Part shown: positions 31,809-40,799 of the stretch, piece by piece
How the letters are laid out: every line of letters starts with the position of its first letter
Position numbering within the stretch: position 1 is the first letter of the stretch
From: Nitrospirota bacterium
GTDB taxonomy: Bacteria > Nitrospirota > UBA9217
DNA: 64,000 nt
Reading direction: 5' to 3'
Assembly (NCBI GenBank): GCA_035623825.1
Contig: DASPSR010000021.1
Coordinates: 1 to 64,000, forward strand
The notes under the pieces: generated by a model
Told to the model about the DNA's origin: nothing
Seen by the model: only the letters and a program-made list of their open reading frames with translations
Database searches by the model: none
Translations under genes and position numbers: made by a program

Positions 31809-32717
31809 ATGGGAGTTCTAGACAGCATCGGCAATACACCGCTCGTAAAGCTGGAAACGCTCTGCACCAATCCGAGGGTAAAAGTCCTCGCGAAACTCGA
31901 AGGCAATAACCCCGGTGGATCGGTCAAGGACAGAATCGCGTATTCCATGATCAGGGACGCTGAGGCATCGGGCCGCATCAAAAAAGGGGATGTCGTCCTT
32001 GAGGCGACGTCGGGGAACACGGGCATCGGGCTTGCCATGGTGGGCGCGGCCCTGGGATATAGGGTGGTCCTGGTTATGCCTGCGTGTGTGAGCCTCGAGC
32101 GCAGAAAGATCCTTGAGGCTTTTGGAGCCGAGCTTGTCCTCAGCCCGGGCAATGAAGGGACAGACGGTGCAATCAAGCTTGCAGGAAGGATGAGGGAAGA
32201 GTCGCCGGGCAAATATTTCATGCCAAACCAGTTCGACAATCCAGCCAACGTCCACGCCCATTACGAGACTACGGGGAGAGAGATCATCGACCAGACCGGA
32301 GGAGACGTCGATGTCTTTGTCGCTGGCATGGGTACTACGGGCACACTCATGGGAGCAGGCAAAAGACTCAAGGAGTTTCAGCCTGCTCTCACAGTCGTTG
32401 GAGTGGAGCCCTTTCTCGGCCACAAGATTCAGGGGCTCAAAAACATGCAGGAATCCATAGTCCCAAAGATTTACAATCCTGCTTTCCCCGACGAGGTAAT
32501 CCACGTGAATGATGATGAAGCGTTCACAACAACTAGACGCCTGGCCTTGCAGGAGGGCATTTTCTCAGGCATGAGCAGCGGGGCTGCGGTGTTCGGTGCT
32601 CTAAAAATGGCGGAGCGGATCGAGCGAGGCACGATCGTCGTAATCCTGCCCGACCGCGGGGACCGCTACCTCAGCACATCCCTGTTTACTTCCGTCTGCG
32701 CTAAGTGCCCTCCGTGA
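31809..32717 (+). CDS. cysM: PLP-dependent cysteine synthase (CysM/CysK family)
   Basis: [45 protein letters not shown]; ends in CAKCPP. Confidence 0.88.
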   Translation: MGVLDSIGNTPLVKLETLCTNPRVKVLAKLEGNNPGGSVKDRIAYSMIRDAEASGRIKKGDVVLEATSGNTGIGLAMVGAALGYRVVLVMPACVSLERRKILEAFGAELVLSPGNEGTDGAIKLAGRMREESPGKYFMPNQFDNPANVHAHYETTGREIIDQTGGDVDVFVAGMGTTGTLMGAGKRLKEFQPALTVVGVEPFLGHKIQGLKNMQESIVPKIYNPAFPDEVIHVNDDEAFTTTRRLALQEGIFSGMSSGAAVFGALKMAERIERGTIVVILPDRGDRYLSTSLFTSVCAKCPP

Positions 32718-32775
32718 TGCATCAGGTGAAATTGTCAGAACTACGGGCTGAACTCGGATACCAGAGAATTCAGGG

Positions 32776-33117
32776 TCATCGGCGGCGTTGCGGATTTTTT
32801 CGAAACCCGTCGACAAAATGGAAAAGAGCGAGGAAAGGGTGCAGGTAGGCCATGCGGGGGCCTGCATATTTCATGACTCCTCTTATCTTCTCCCCCATGT
32901 CAGGCTTGTAACAATGCACCGTGCAGTTAGCACAGGTCGTCTTTCTCTCCTGGAATGGACATCGGTCAAGGCGCTGGCGCGCATACGCTTCGAGGTCCTT
33001 ACACTCGGTGCACAAGCTCTTTTCCGCAACGCCATGGTGACCGCGACAGTAGACCCGAATCATGGCTTCCATCGTCTCATGTTCCCTGCTCATTCTGCTC
33101 GTTTGTCTGTTATCCAT
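32776..33117 (-). CDS. YgbA-like (nitrous-oxide-stimulated promoter family) Cys-rich protein
   Basis: RE..T..AMI..YC..HH, LC.EC..L..YA..RL..CPF...K..CANC..HCY, MKYAGPRM...HP. Confidence 0.85.
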   Translation of the reverse strand: MDNRQTSRMSREHETMEAMIRVYCRGHHGVAEKSLCTECKDLEAYARQRLDRCPFQERKTTCANCTVHCYKPDMGEKIRGVMKYAGPRMAYLHPFLALFHFVDGFRKNPQRRR

Positions 33118-33276
33118 AGCTGATCAGCTCCTCTTCTTTTCCCAATTATACTGTTTACGGAAGCACTACGGGATGATTTGCATCATACGTAACCGAAAAA
33201 GTGCCTGCTATTGTCTGTCGTTTCAGAGGATCTAAATTACTTTGCGCAAAGAGGCCAACAATAGTATAATTTTCTC

Positions 33277-35022
33277 ATGTCTCGGAAACTCAAGGGGAAA
33301 ATAGATGCCCTGCTTGCGGCTGAGCGCGGGACCGTCTACAAAGCTCAGGGCATTGATGTAAAGATTGCACTCGCCTATCCGAACACCTACCACGTGGGCA
33401 TGTCGAACCTTGGCGTGCATCAGATTTATTCCATCCTGAACAGCCGTGCGGACACGGTATGCGAGCGCGTGTTTTTGCCTGACGAAGAAGATATCGACGA
33501 GTATAACAAGACCGGCACGAAATTGTTCAGCCTTGAGAGCAAGCGGCCCCTCAAAGAGTTCGATATTCTCGCTTTCTCCGTTTCCTTCGAGCAGGACTAC
33601 GTGAACATCCTTGAAATCCTGGACCTCTCCGGCATCCCTGTTCTTAAGCGCGACCGGAGCGATGGTGATCCGCTCGTAATTCTCGGCGGTGCCTGCTCAT
33701 TCTTTAATCCGGAGCCGCTCACGGATTTCATAGATGCCGTAATCGTGGGTGAAGGAGAAGAGGTCGTGGCCGAGTTTATCGACGCCTATCGAGAAAGCAG
33801 AGATAAAGACCGCCTTGCCTTGCTCAGAGCAGTGGGCCGGATACCGGGGGTTTATGTGCCGGAGTTTTATGACGTAATCTACAATGTGGACGGTACGCTC
33901 AAAGAGCGAAAGGTGATCGTTTCCTCCGCACCGGAGCGCATAGTCAAGCGTACGGTCAAAGACATCAATAGAATGCCAGCAGCAACAGTGATCCTGACAC
34001 CAAATACTGAGTTTAGCGATATGTACCTCTCGGAAGTGACACGGGGTTGCGGAAGGCATTGCCGGTTCTGCATGGCAGGATACATTTACCTTCCGCCCCG
34101 GAACCTCAGTATCGATGGGGCAAAGTCGCAGGCTGCAAAGGCAGATGATCTCTGCGGCAAGATCGGCCTCGTAGGCGCCGCGCTTTCGGACTATCCCGAC
34201 ATCGGAGAAGCCTGCGCTGAGATCAAAGGCGGGGTCTCAGTCTCATCGCTCCGGGCCGACTCGGTAAGCGAGGAACTTATCGACCGGCTTGCGAAGAGCG
34301 GGCACAAAACGATAGCGATCGCTCCGGAGGCGGGCTCTGAGCGGCTCAGGAATGTGATCAACAAAGGCATCACAGAGGCAGACATTCTTCACGCTGCTGA
34401 CATGATCTTCGGCCGCGGCATCCCGAACCTCAAGCTCTATTTCATGATGGGCCTGCCGACGGAAACATACGAAGATGTGGATGCTATTATCTCGCTCGCT
34501 GGAATGGTGCGCGAGGTGCAGCTAAAGCACGCGAGGAATGCCGGCAGGATCGGCGTGATTACGCTCTCGGTAAATTCCTTTGTGCCGAAGCCGTTTACGC
34601 CGTTCCAGTGGGAACCGATGGAGTCTGTCGAGAGCCTGAACAAAAAGCAGCGGTATCTTGAAAAGGCAGTACGGAAGATCGGGAATATGAACATCATCCA
34701 CGACCTTCCGAAGTGGGAGTATATCCAGGCCTTGCTTTCACGCGGCGATCGGAGGACCGGGAGGCTCATCATGACTGCTCATGTGAAAAGCGGTGATTGG
34801 AGGATGGCAGCCAGGGAGCTAAAAATGGACACGGAGTTCTACGTTACCCGTCGGCGACCGTTCAGCGAGGTTTTGCCGTGGGATTTTATTGACATCGGTG
34901 TGCGGAAAGATTATCTTATGAGCGAACGCGAACGGGCACGTGAGGGCAAGTTCACGCCGGGCTGCCGCGTGGGCGTATGCATGGCCTGCGGAGTGTGTCA
35001 CGGGATGAGCAACGAAGAATAA
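33277..35022 (+). CDS. B12-binding-like radical SAM protein (TIGR03960-like)
   Basis: YPNTY.VGMSNLG, NPEP, EVTRGCGRHCRFC (CxxxCxxC), APEAGSERLR, FVPKPFTPFQW, C-terminal C..GVC.ACGVC. Confidence 0.88.
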   Translation: MSRKLKGKIDALLAAERGTVYKAQGIDVKIALAYPNTYHVGMSNLGVHQIYSILNSRADTVCERVFLPDEEDIDEYNKTGTKLFSLESKRPLKEFDILAFSVSFEQDYVNILEILDLSGIPVLKRDRSDGDPLVILGGACSFFNPEPLTDFIDAVIVGEGEEVVAEFIDAYRESRDKDRLALLRAVGRIPGVYVPEFYDVIYNVDGTLKERKVIVSSAPERIVKRTVKDINRMPAATVILTPNTEFSDMYLSEVTRGCGRHCRFCMAGYIYLPPRNLSIDGAKSQAAKADDLCGKIGLVGAALSDYPDIGEACAEIKGGVSVSSLRADSVSEELIDRLAKSGHKTIAIAPEAGSERLRNVINKGITEADILHAADMIFGRGIPNLKLYFMMGLPTETYEDVDAIISLAGMVREVQLKHARNAGRIGVITLSVNSFVPKPFTPFQWEPMESVESLNKKQRYLEKAVRKIGNMNIIHDLPKWEYIQALLSRGDRRTGRLIMTAHVKSGDWRMAARELKMDTEFYVTRRRPFSEVLPWDFIDIGVRKDYLMSERERAREGKFTPGCRVGVCMACGVCHGMSNEE

Positions 35023-35124
35023 GCGTCAAATATCATGTAAAACTCAAGCACCAATTGCATGCGCTCGGGAAATTGGTAATTCGAACTTGGATATAGCGTC
35101 TTGTGCCCGGAACCTGAAATTGAC

Positions 35125-35865
35125 ATGACTGAGAGTCAGTATCTCACTATTCCTGCTCTCGATAAGACAGGCAGAGTCATCCACGCCTTCACCACCCGTA
35201 AGAACGGTCTTGGCGGCAGAAATAACGGGGTCAGGCAGCCTGGTGACTGGATTGCAGTGGCTCAAATGTTCGGAGTCAATCCTGACCGGATTGTGACAGC
35301 GAACCAGGTTCATGGTGAGCGTATCGTGGTCGTGGATGCCGATAACTATAGGGGCATTAGGACGGTTGAGGCCGATGCCATGATAACGAACATACCGGGG
35401 TTCGCCATAGGCGTCGAGACCGCAGACTGCGTACCGTTGTTGCTCCTTGATCCGGAAACTCCTGCTGTTGGGGCGATTCATGCGGGCTGGAGAAGCACGG
35501 CGAAGAAGATCGTTGAGAAGGCCGTGAAGAAAATGCAGGACAGATTCGGTTCGAATCCTTCCCGTATGGTTGCGGCGATTGGTCCGGCGATTGGACCCGA
35601 ATGCTACGAAGTCGATGAACCGGTAATGGTGCGGGTCCGCGAAGCCTTTTCGTTCTGGATGTATGCGGCATCGTCACGAGGCAGCAACAAGTGGAGCCTT
35701 GATCTGGCGGGGCTGAACCGGATGGAGCTGGTTCAGGCCGGTCTTGATGAAAAGAACATACACTCGATCGGGATGTGTACCTCGTGCAGGAAAGACCTGT
35801 TCTATTCTTTCCGTTCAGAAGGCAGGACCGGCAGGATGCTGTCGGTGATAATGATCAAGCCTTGA
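35125..35865 (+). CDS. pgeF: PgeF/YfiH (YlmD) peptidoglycan editing factor / purine nucleoside phosphorylase
   Basis: QVHG, EADAMIT, TADCVP, IHAGWR, IGPAIG..CYEV, CT.C...FYSFR, GRM. Confidence 0.92.
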   Translation: MTESQYLTIPALDKTGRVIHAFTTRKNGLGGRNNGVRQPGDWIAVAQMFGVNPDRIVTANQVHGERIVVVDADNYRGIRTVEADAMITNIPGFAIGVETADCVPLLLLDPETPAVGAIHAGWRSTAKKIVEKAVKKMQDRFGSNPSRMVAAIGPAIGPECYEVDEPVMVRVREAFSFWMYAASSRGSNKWSLDLAGLNRMELVQAGLDEKNIHSIGMCTSCRKDLFYSFRSEGRTGRMLSVIMIKP

Positions 35866-35955
35866 ACCTTTTTGGGCCATGAAGGCTCGAAGGAGGCTCC
35901 CGTCATTCATGCATGGAGTGTTTAGTATCATCGTATCCGGGAGGAAAATGAATAT

Positions 35956-36642
35956 ATGTCGATAGCAGAAAACCTGGCAGCAGTGGTGAATAGGTGCACA
36001 TCCGCAGCACAACGAGCGGGGCGCGATCCATTGTCCGTTAAGCTCGTTGTCGTCACCAAGACCGTTGATACGGAGCGTATCAGTGAAGCTGTCGCCGCGG
36101 GCGCACTGATCCTGGGCGAGAACCGGGTGCAGGAGGCGAAAGAAAAGATCGAGAAGCTTGGTCCGATCGCGAGCTGGCATCTCATCGGCCACCTGCAGAC
36201 GAACAAGGCGAAGTACGCAGTCAAACTCTTCTACATGATTCATTCAGTTGACAATCTTCAACTTGCGGAGGAGATAGACAAGCAGGCATCGAAGGTAAAC
36301 AAGGTGCAGGATGTGTTGATCGAAGTGAGCATTGCCGGTGAGGAGAGCAAGGCAGGCGTGGCGATGGAGGATGCTGTTACCCTCATCAAAGAAGCGTCAA
36401 AGCTCAAGAACATCTCGATCAAGGGGCTGATGACCATGCCGCCCTTTTCCGACAATCCCGAGGACTCACGGCCATACTTTAAGAAGCTCCGTCAGCTGTC
36501 CGAGAGCGTCGTGAATGAACATATCCCCGGAGTTTCCATGAGGGAGCTTTCGATGGGAATGAGCGGGGATTATGAAGTGGCCATCGAGGAGGGCTCGACG
36601 ATGGTGCGCATCGGCACGGCGATATTCGGGGAGAGAAAATAA
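35956..36642 (+). CDS. yggS: PLP homeostasis protein (YggS/YlmE)
   Basis: VVTKT, GENRVQE, WHLIGHLQTNK, GLMTMPP, LSMGMSGD, VRIGTAIFG. Confidence 0.95.
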   Translation: MSIAENLAAVVNRCTSAAQRAGRDPLSVKLVVVTKTVDTERISEAVAAGALILGENRVQEAKEKIEKLGPIASWHLIGHLQTNKAKYAVKLFYMIHSVDNLQLAEEIDKQASKVNKVQDVLIEVSIAGEESKAGVAMEDAVTLIKEASKLKNISIKGLMTMPPFSDNPEDSRPYFKKLRQLSESVVNEHIPGVSMRELSMGMSGDYEVAIEEGSTMVRIGTAIFGERK

Positions 36643-36774
36643 TCATGGCAATGCCACGGATGCCGAAAAGCGCACCGATGAGAAAAATGACCTCATAAAA
36701 TCGGGCGGCTCACTCATCGTATTCTTCGTAGATTCCGTGTCCTTTTCGGTTTAAAGCGTTGCGAGGGAGGCTCT

Positions 36775-37587
36775 ATGACTTTAGATAAAAAGATCGCATT
36801 TTTAGGCGGCGGGAACATGGCCGAGGCTCTCATTAGGGGACTGATCGCGGCGGGTAAGGCAAAGCATGATCAAATTTTAGTCACCGACATTTCAGTGGAC
36901 CGGCTTGAGCATCTCAGGAAGACCTATGGTATCCTTGTGCAAAACAGCAATTCTGAAGCGGCACGCGAGGCGGGGATCATCCTCCTGAGCGTGAAGCCCC
37001 AGGTGATCGAGAGAGTTCTTGGTGAGATTGCCCCGGTCATTGACAGCAAGAAACTCGTGATTTCCATTGCCGCCGGTATCGCTATTGCGAAGGTCGAGAA
37101 TGCCCTGAAGGACGGTTCGCGGGTCGTGCGCGTGATGCCGAATACGCCGGCACTGGTGCTCGCAGGAGCAGCCGCACTCGCAGGCGGAAAGGACGCCACA
37201 GCTGACGACCTTGGCCTAGTGCAGAGTATATTCAACTCCGTGGGCAGGTCTGTAGTTGTTGACGAGAAGCTTATGGATGCAGTGACCGGACTCTCGGGAA
37301 GCGGGCCTGCGTATGTGTTCACGATTATCGAAGCACTGTCCGATGCAGGGGTAAAGGCTGGCCTGCCCCGGCAGCTTGCGCTCGAGCTTGCAGCCCAGAC
37401 CGTGTATGGCGCAGCCAAGATGGTGCTTGATACAAAAGAGCACCCGAGCAAGCTCAGAGACATGGTGACGTCTCCCGGCGGTACAACGATCGAAGGATTA
37501 CACGCTCTCGAAAAGGGAAAGCTCCGTGCTACGATCATAAACGCGGTAGAGGCAGCGACGGAGCGGAGTAGGGAACTGGATCGGTAG
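36775..37587 (+). CDS. proC: Pyrroline-5-carboxylate reductase
   Basis: GGGNMA, VKPQ, SIAAG, RVMPNTP, SGSGPAY, VTSPGGTT. Confidence 0.96.
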   Translation: MTLDKKIAFLGGGNMAEALIRGLIAAGKAKHDQILVTDISVDRLEHLRKTYGILVQNSNSEAAREAGIILLSVKPQVIERVLGEIAPVIDSKKLVISIAAGIAIAKVENALKDGSRVVRVMPNTPALVLAGAAALAGGKDATADDLGLVQSIFNSVGRSVVVDEKLMDAVTGLSGSGPAYVFTIIEALSDAGVKAGLPRQLALELAAQTVYGAAKMVLDTKEHPSKLRDMVTSPGGTTIEGLHALEKGKLRATIINAVEAATERSRELDR

Positions 37588-37722
37588 ACTCCAAATAACA
37601 ACATCCGAGAACCATAGAAATGCTGATTTCGGCGATCGGTGCGGGCGTTCGGCAATTTTCATTTCAGATTCACCTGGAAATTTGTCATTTGTGTGCTGAA
37701 ACTTGTCTTAATCTAAGGAGGG

Positions 37723-38025
37723 ATGATGTTCGTCATCGGAAATATTCTTCACGGCATTGCCGATGTGCTTGACGTGGTTTTGACCATTTATATGTGGGTC
37801 ATCATCATCAGAGCGCTCATATCGTGGGTGAACCCCGATCCCTATAATCCGATCATTCAGATTCTCAACCGACTGACAGAACCGGTGCTCGGACCGCTGA
37901 GGAAACTGGCTCCGCCATGGAAAATCGGCATCGATCTTTCGCCGCTTATCGCGGTCCTTATCATCATCTTCCTGAGGGTGGCGCTGATCAGGACTCTGTA
38001 TCGACTGGCGATATCGATGAGTTGA
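37723..38025 (+). CDS. yggT: YggT/YlmG membrane protein
   Basis: ISWVNPDPYNP...L..LTEPVL.PLR, IDLSPL. Confidence 0.93.
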   Translation: MMFVIGNILHGIADVLDVVLTIYMWVIIIRALISWVNPDPYNPIIQILNRLTEPVLGPLRKLAPPWKIGIDLSPLIAVLIIIFLRVALIRTLYRLAISMS

Positions 38026-38073
38026 TATCTTGGACAGGTTCATGATATTGGCATCGTCTGAGGAGGCAATTGT

Positions 38074-38565
38074 ATGAGTAATGGTATCAAGGTGACGCCG
38101 ATCGACATACAACAGAAGCGTTTCCACGTTGGTTTCCGCGGCTATGACCGGACCGAAGTCGAGATGTTTCTCGATCTTGTACGTGACGAAATGGAAAATC
38201 TGGTCCGAGACATGGCGGAGCTGCGGGAGTTCCGCGAGACCTACGATGAGCGCATGCGGGAGCTGACCGCGAAAGAAGAGACGGTTAAGAACACGATGCT
38301 CATGACCCAGAAGCTGGTGGAGGACCTGAAAGAGAACGCGCGTAAGGAAGCGTCATTAATCATCAAAGATGCGGAGGTCCGAAGCCAGCAGATCGTCGGC
38401 GATTCTCAACAGGAAAAGGTCTCACTTGAAGCAGACATATTGAACCTCAGGAGGCGCAAGCACCATTTTCTTCAAGATCTCAAGAAGGTGATTCAGATGC
38501 ACTTGGAAATGGTCAACTTCGAGGAATCCGGCGGTGAAGTCAAAGAAGAGCCCAAACAGGGATAA
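38074..38565 (+). CDS. divIVA: DivIVA-domain protein
   Basis: TPIDIQQKRF..GFRGYD..EV..FLD.V followed by a long coiled coil. Confidence 0.9.
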   Translation: MSNGIKVTPIDIQQKRFHVGFRGYDRTEVEMFLDLVRDEMENLVRDMAELREFRETYDERMRELTAKEETVKNTMLMTQKLVEDLKENARKEASLIIKDAEVRSQQIVGDSQQEKVSLEADILNLRRRKHHFLQDLKKVIQMHLEMVNFEESGGEVKEEPKQG

Positions 38566-38848
38566 AGCGCCAACGGAGGCAGCAGCCTTGTCGGTCCGCA
38601 TACAGCCGCGTGCGTCGAAGAACGAGATTACCAAGATGGAGAACGGCGGACTCAAGATCAGGCTCATCGCCCCGCCCGTGGACGGCGCGGCGAACGATGC
38701 ACTCGTCCGATTTCTTGCTGAAATGCTCTCTGTTCCCAGGTCGCGGATCGAGATCGTCTCAGGCAAAACATCGAGGGATAAAATTGTCAGGATCAGCGGT
38801 GTGAGCAAGGCCGATGCCGAACGGCTATTGTATTCGAAAGAGAAATAG
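38534..38848 (+). CDS. yggU: DUF167/YggU family protein
   Basis: VRIQPRAS, LKIRL.APPVDG.AN..L..FLA, I.IVSG.TSR.K. Confidence 0.9.
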   Translation: MKSKKSPNRDKAPTEAAALSVRIQPRASKNEITKMENGGLKIRLIAPPVDGAANDALVRFLAEMLSVPRSRIEIVSGKTSRDKIVRISGVSKADAERLLYSKEK

Positions 38849-39013
38849 AGTAGTATAATTATAAGGAGAAAGTTGATCTTTGGACGCAGATTGACGCGGA
38901 TAAGCGCAGGGATACTATCCCTCCTACTCTATCCCTTCTTGTGCCTATTAGCATTGATCTGTGTCCAAGCCTATTTGTCTTCACAGCAACGACAGGTTCA
39001 ATCTCATCAAAAA

Positions 39014-39371
39014 GGGGGCGACAGGCTTCGACGGGGATCGAGAGGTCAGGAGTTGCATGCCGAGGTGCCATGGGGCTCGTAAAACACATGGCAAACAATA
39101 ACTGCCAATACACCAGAACTGGCACTCGCTGCCTAATAATATAGGCTAGCGCGTCTCCCGGCTGTAGCCTGAGCGGCCGAAGGGACGTCACACTTCAGGC
39201 TGGTCTTCCCGACATCGTCCGGGGCGGGGAGATAAGAAAAAACCGGACTGGCCGATTCCGGAGCTTTCCCCAAGGCGCCGGAGGAGGCGAGAACCAAAGG
39301 CGGGGATAAGCATGTATGAGCTTCTGGCTAAAGGTTTTCGGACGTGGGTTCGAATCCCACCGCCTCCACCA
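39014..39371 (+). ncRNA. ssrA: tmRNA (one-piece); tag peptide (A)ANTPELALAA at 39104-39136
   Basis: 5' GGGGGCGACAGGCTTCGAC; 3' T-arm GTGGGTTCGAATCCCAC and CGCCTCCACCA acceptor with G3.U70 alanine identity; ATAACT-GCC resume context and tag ending LALAA-TAA-TAA; 358 nt. Confidence 0.97.
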
Positions 39372-39379
39372 ATTAAATT
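39352..39379 (+). repeat. att core copy 1 (tmRNA 3' end)
   Basis: GAATCCCACCGCCTCCACCAATTAAATT, identical to 43381-43408. Confidence 0.92.
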
Positions 39380-39440
39380 ATTGATTTTATTGAATTTATT
39401 TAATTTTTCCTCAATTCTCCATCGATTAGATCTGAGGCCG

Positions 39441-39476
39441 AGAGCTAATTCCTTCAAGAAATTAGCTCTTTTTTTT
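39441..39476 (+). terminator. Intrinsic terminator downstream of tmRNA (inside the islet)
   Basis: AGAGCTAATT-N9-AATTAGCTCT followed by a T run. Confidence 0.85.
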
Positions 39477-39676
39477 CAAGCATTCGCAAGATGGGGTACA
39501 TTTGGGGGTATGTCGAAAACTGTGGGCTGCAATTAATGACGACAATTCAGGTGATTAGACAAACTATTCGATTCCTCCTCATGTCATCAGGAACAATTGA
39601 ATCCTCTTCGATATTTATTGTCGTATGTCAGTATTAGAGAGATTCGGACTTTCTAATAAATGTACAGGAGTTTCAC

Positions 39677-39704
39677 TTGCATTATATATCCAAATGGGTA
39701 TAAT
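39677..39704 (+). promoter_or_regulatory. TA operon promoter with overlapping palindromic operator
   Basis: TTGCAT-16-TATAAT; inverted repeat TATATCCA-AA-TGGGTATA at 39685-39702. Confidence 0.7.
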
Positions 39705-39725
39705 AGAAACTAGGAGACGGATGAC

Positions 39726-40070
39726 GTGAAGCCTTTGTTCTGGGTAGGATCATCGAAAAAAGATCTTTTGGAAATGCCAGCGAAGGTTGTCGATGTCTTC
39801 GGTTATGCTCTCTATCTGGCTCAAAGCGGCAATAAGCATCAGCAAGCCAAGCCCCTCAAAGGCTTTGGATCGGCCGGAGTGCTTGAGGTCGTAGAAGACT
39901 ACGATGGCAGTACGTACCGTGCGGTGTATACCGTGAGATTCAGCAATGGCGTATATGTGTTGCATTGCTTCCAGAAGAAGTCACGCAAGGGGATCGAGAC
40001 GCCCAAAGCGGACAAGGATATGATTGAAGCGAGATTGAAACTGGCCCAAAAGCATTCGGAAGGAGTATAA
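39726..40070 (+). CDS. RelE/HigB-family toxin (Gp49/DUF891-like)
   Basis: KPL.WVGSSKKDL...P..V....GYAL..AQ.G, AKPLKGFG.AGVLEVVED.DG.TYRAVYTV, VLHCFQKKS..GI.TP..D. Confidence 0.9.
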   Translation: MKPLFWVGSSKKDLLEMPAKVVDVFGYALYLAQSGNKHQQAKPLKGFGSAGVLEVVEDYDGSTYRAVYTVRFSNGVYVLHCFQKKSRKGIETPKADKDMIEARLKLAQKHSEGV

Positions 40071-40072
40071 CA

Positions 40073-40393
40073 ATGAGCAGAATTGAAAAAGGAAGCATGA
40101 ATGTCTATGCTGATCTCAGGGTTGCGGACGCTGAGGAGATGCTGGTCAAGGCCCAGCTTGCTGCGAAGATTGCTGAGATCATCAAATTTCGAAATCTTAC
40201 GCAGACGCAGGCTGCGTCTTTGCTCGGGATGACCCAACCCAAGCTATCCAATATGCTGCGTGGTCGGTTCCGCGGCATTTCCGAGGCCAAGATGCTCGAG
40301 TGCATGACCCTCCTGGGTCGCGACGTGCAGATCGTCGTCAAGCCGGCCTCCCGTTCACGCAAGACCGGCCACTTGTCAGTGCATTTTGCTTGA
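40073..40393 (+). CDS. XRE-family HTH antitoxin (HigA-like)
   Basis: NVYADL..ADAEEML.KAQL, LTQ.QAA.LLG.TQPKLS.MLRG.FRG.SE, LGRDV.IVV; toxin-first gene order. Confidence 0.9.
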   Translation: MSRIEKGSMNVYADLRVADAEEMLVKAQLAAKIAEIIKFRNLTQTQAASLLGMTQPKLSNMLRGRFRGISEAKMLECMTLLGRDVQIVVKPASRSRKTGHLSVHFA

Positions 40394-40487
40394 CAGATGC
40401 AATCATCGTAATAACGCATGGCTAGTTGGGCGCGCAATGAATCTTGTAGAGTAAGTTAAAAGAGTGCAATAAGTTCACAAGAAATAC

Positions 40488-40799
40488 TTGAGTGGCCATG
40501 AGTTTAGAGACGCGGGCTTAGGTGCATTGGTAAGCAATCATGTTCTGGCAGATGCAACCCGCTATATTATGCAGTTCGAAACAGGATCTGGAGACTACAC
40601 AAAGATTCGGAAGAATGTCGTAATGGGTAAACGTGTTGCCGATCTGTATAAAAAGAGCGTGCTATTCGAGAAGAAAAAACCAAGAGCAGGCGTTTTTAAG
40701 GATGAATCCGTTTCTCATCGCAATACCATCCATGGTATATCTCTCATCCGCGCATGGTCACCTTGCAATTGTCTGATACGGAGAATCAATGTCAGATAA
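40488..40799 (+). pseudogene. Probable decayed small antitoxin-like gene
   Basis: G..AL......A.R.I.QF.TGSGDYT..R resembles small proteins found beside PIN toxins; TTG start, no SD, aberrant C-terminal tail. Confidence 0.4.

Noticed and set aside
32715-32729. Possible Sec read-through after cysteine synthase (CPP-TGA-TGC)
   Set aside because: A second TGA follows three codons later, there is no convincing SECIS at the right distance, and the protein is complete; treated as a normal stop.
38859-39536. Several short ORFs overlapping tmRNA
   Set aside because: Explained by the structured RNA and att region; no coding signals.
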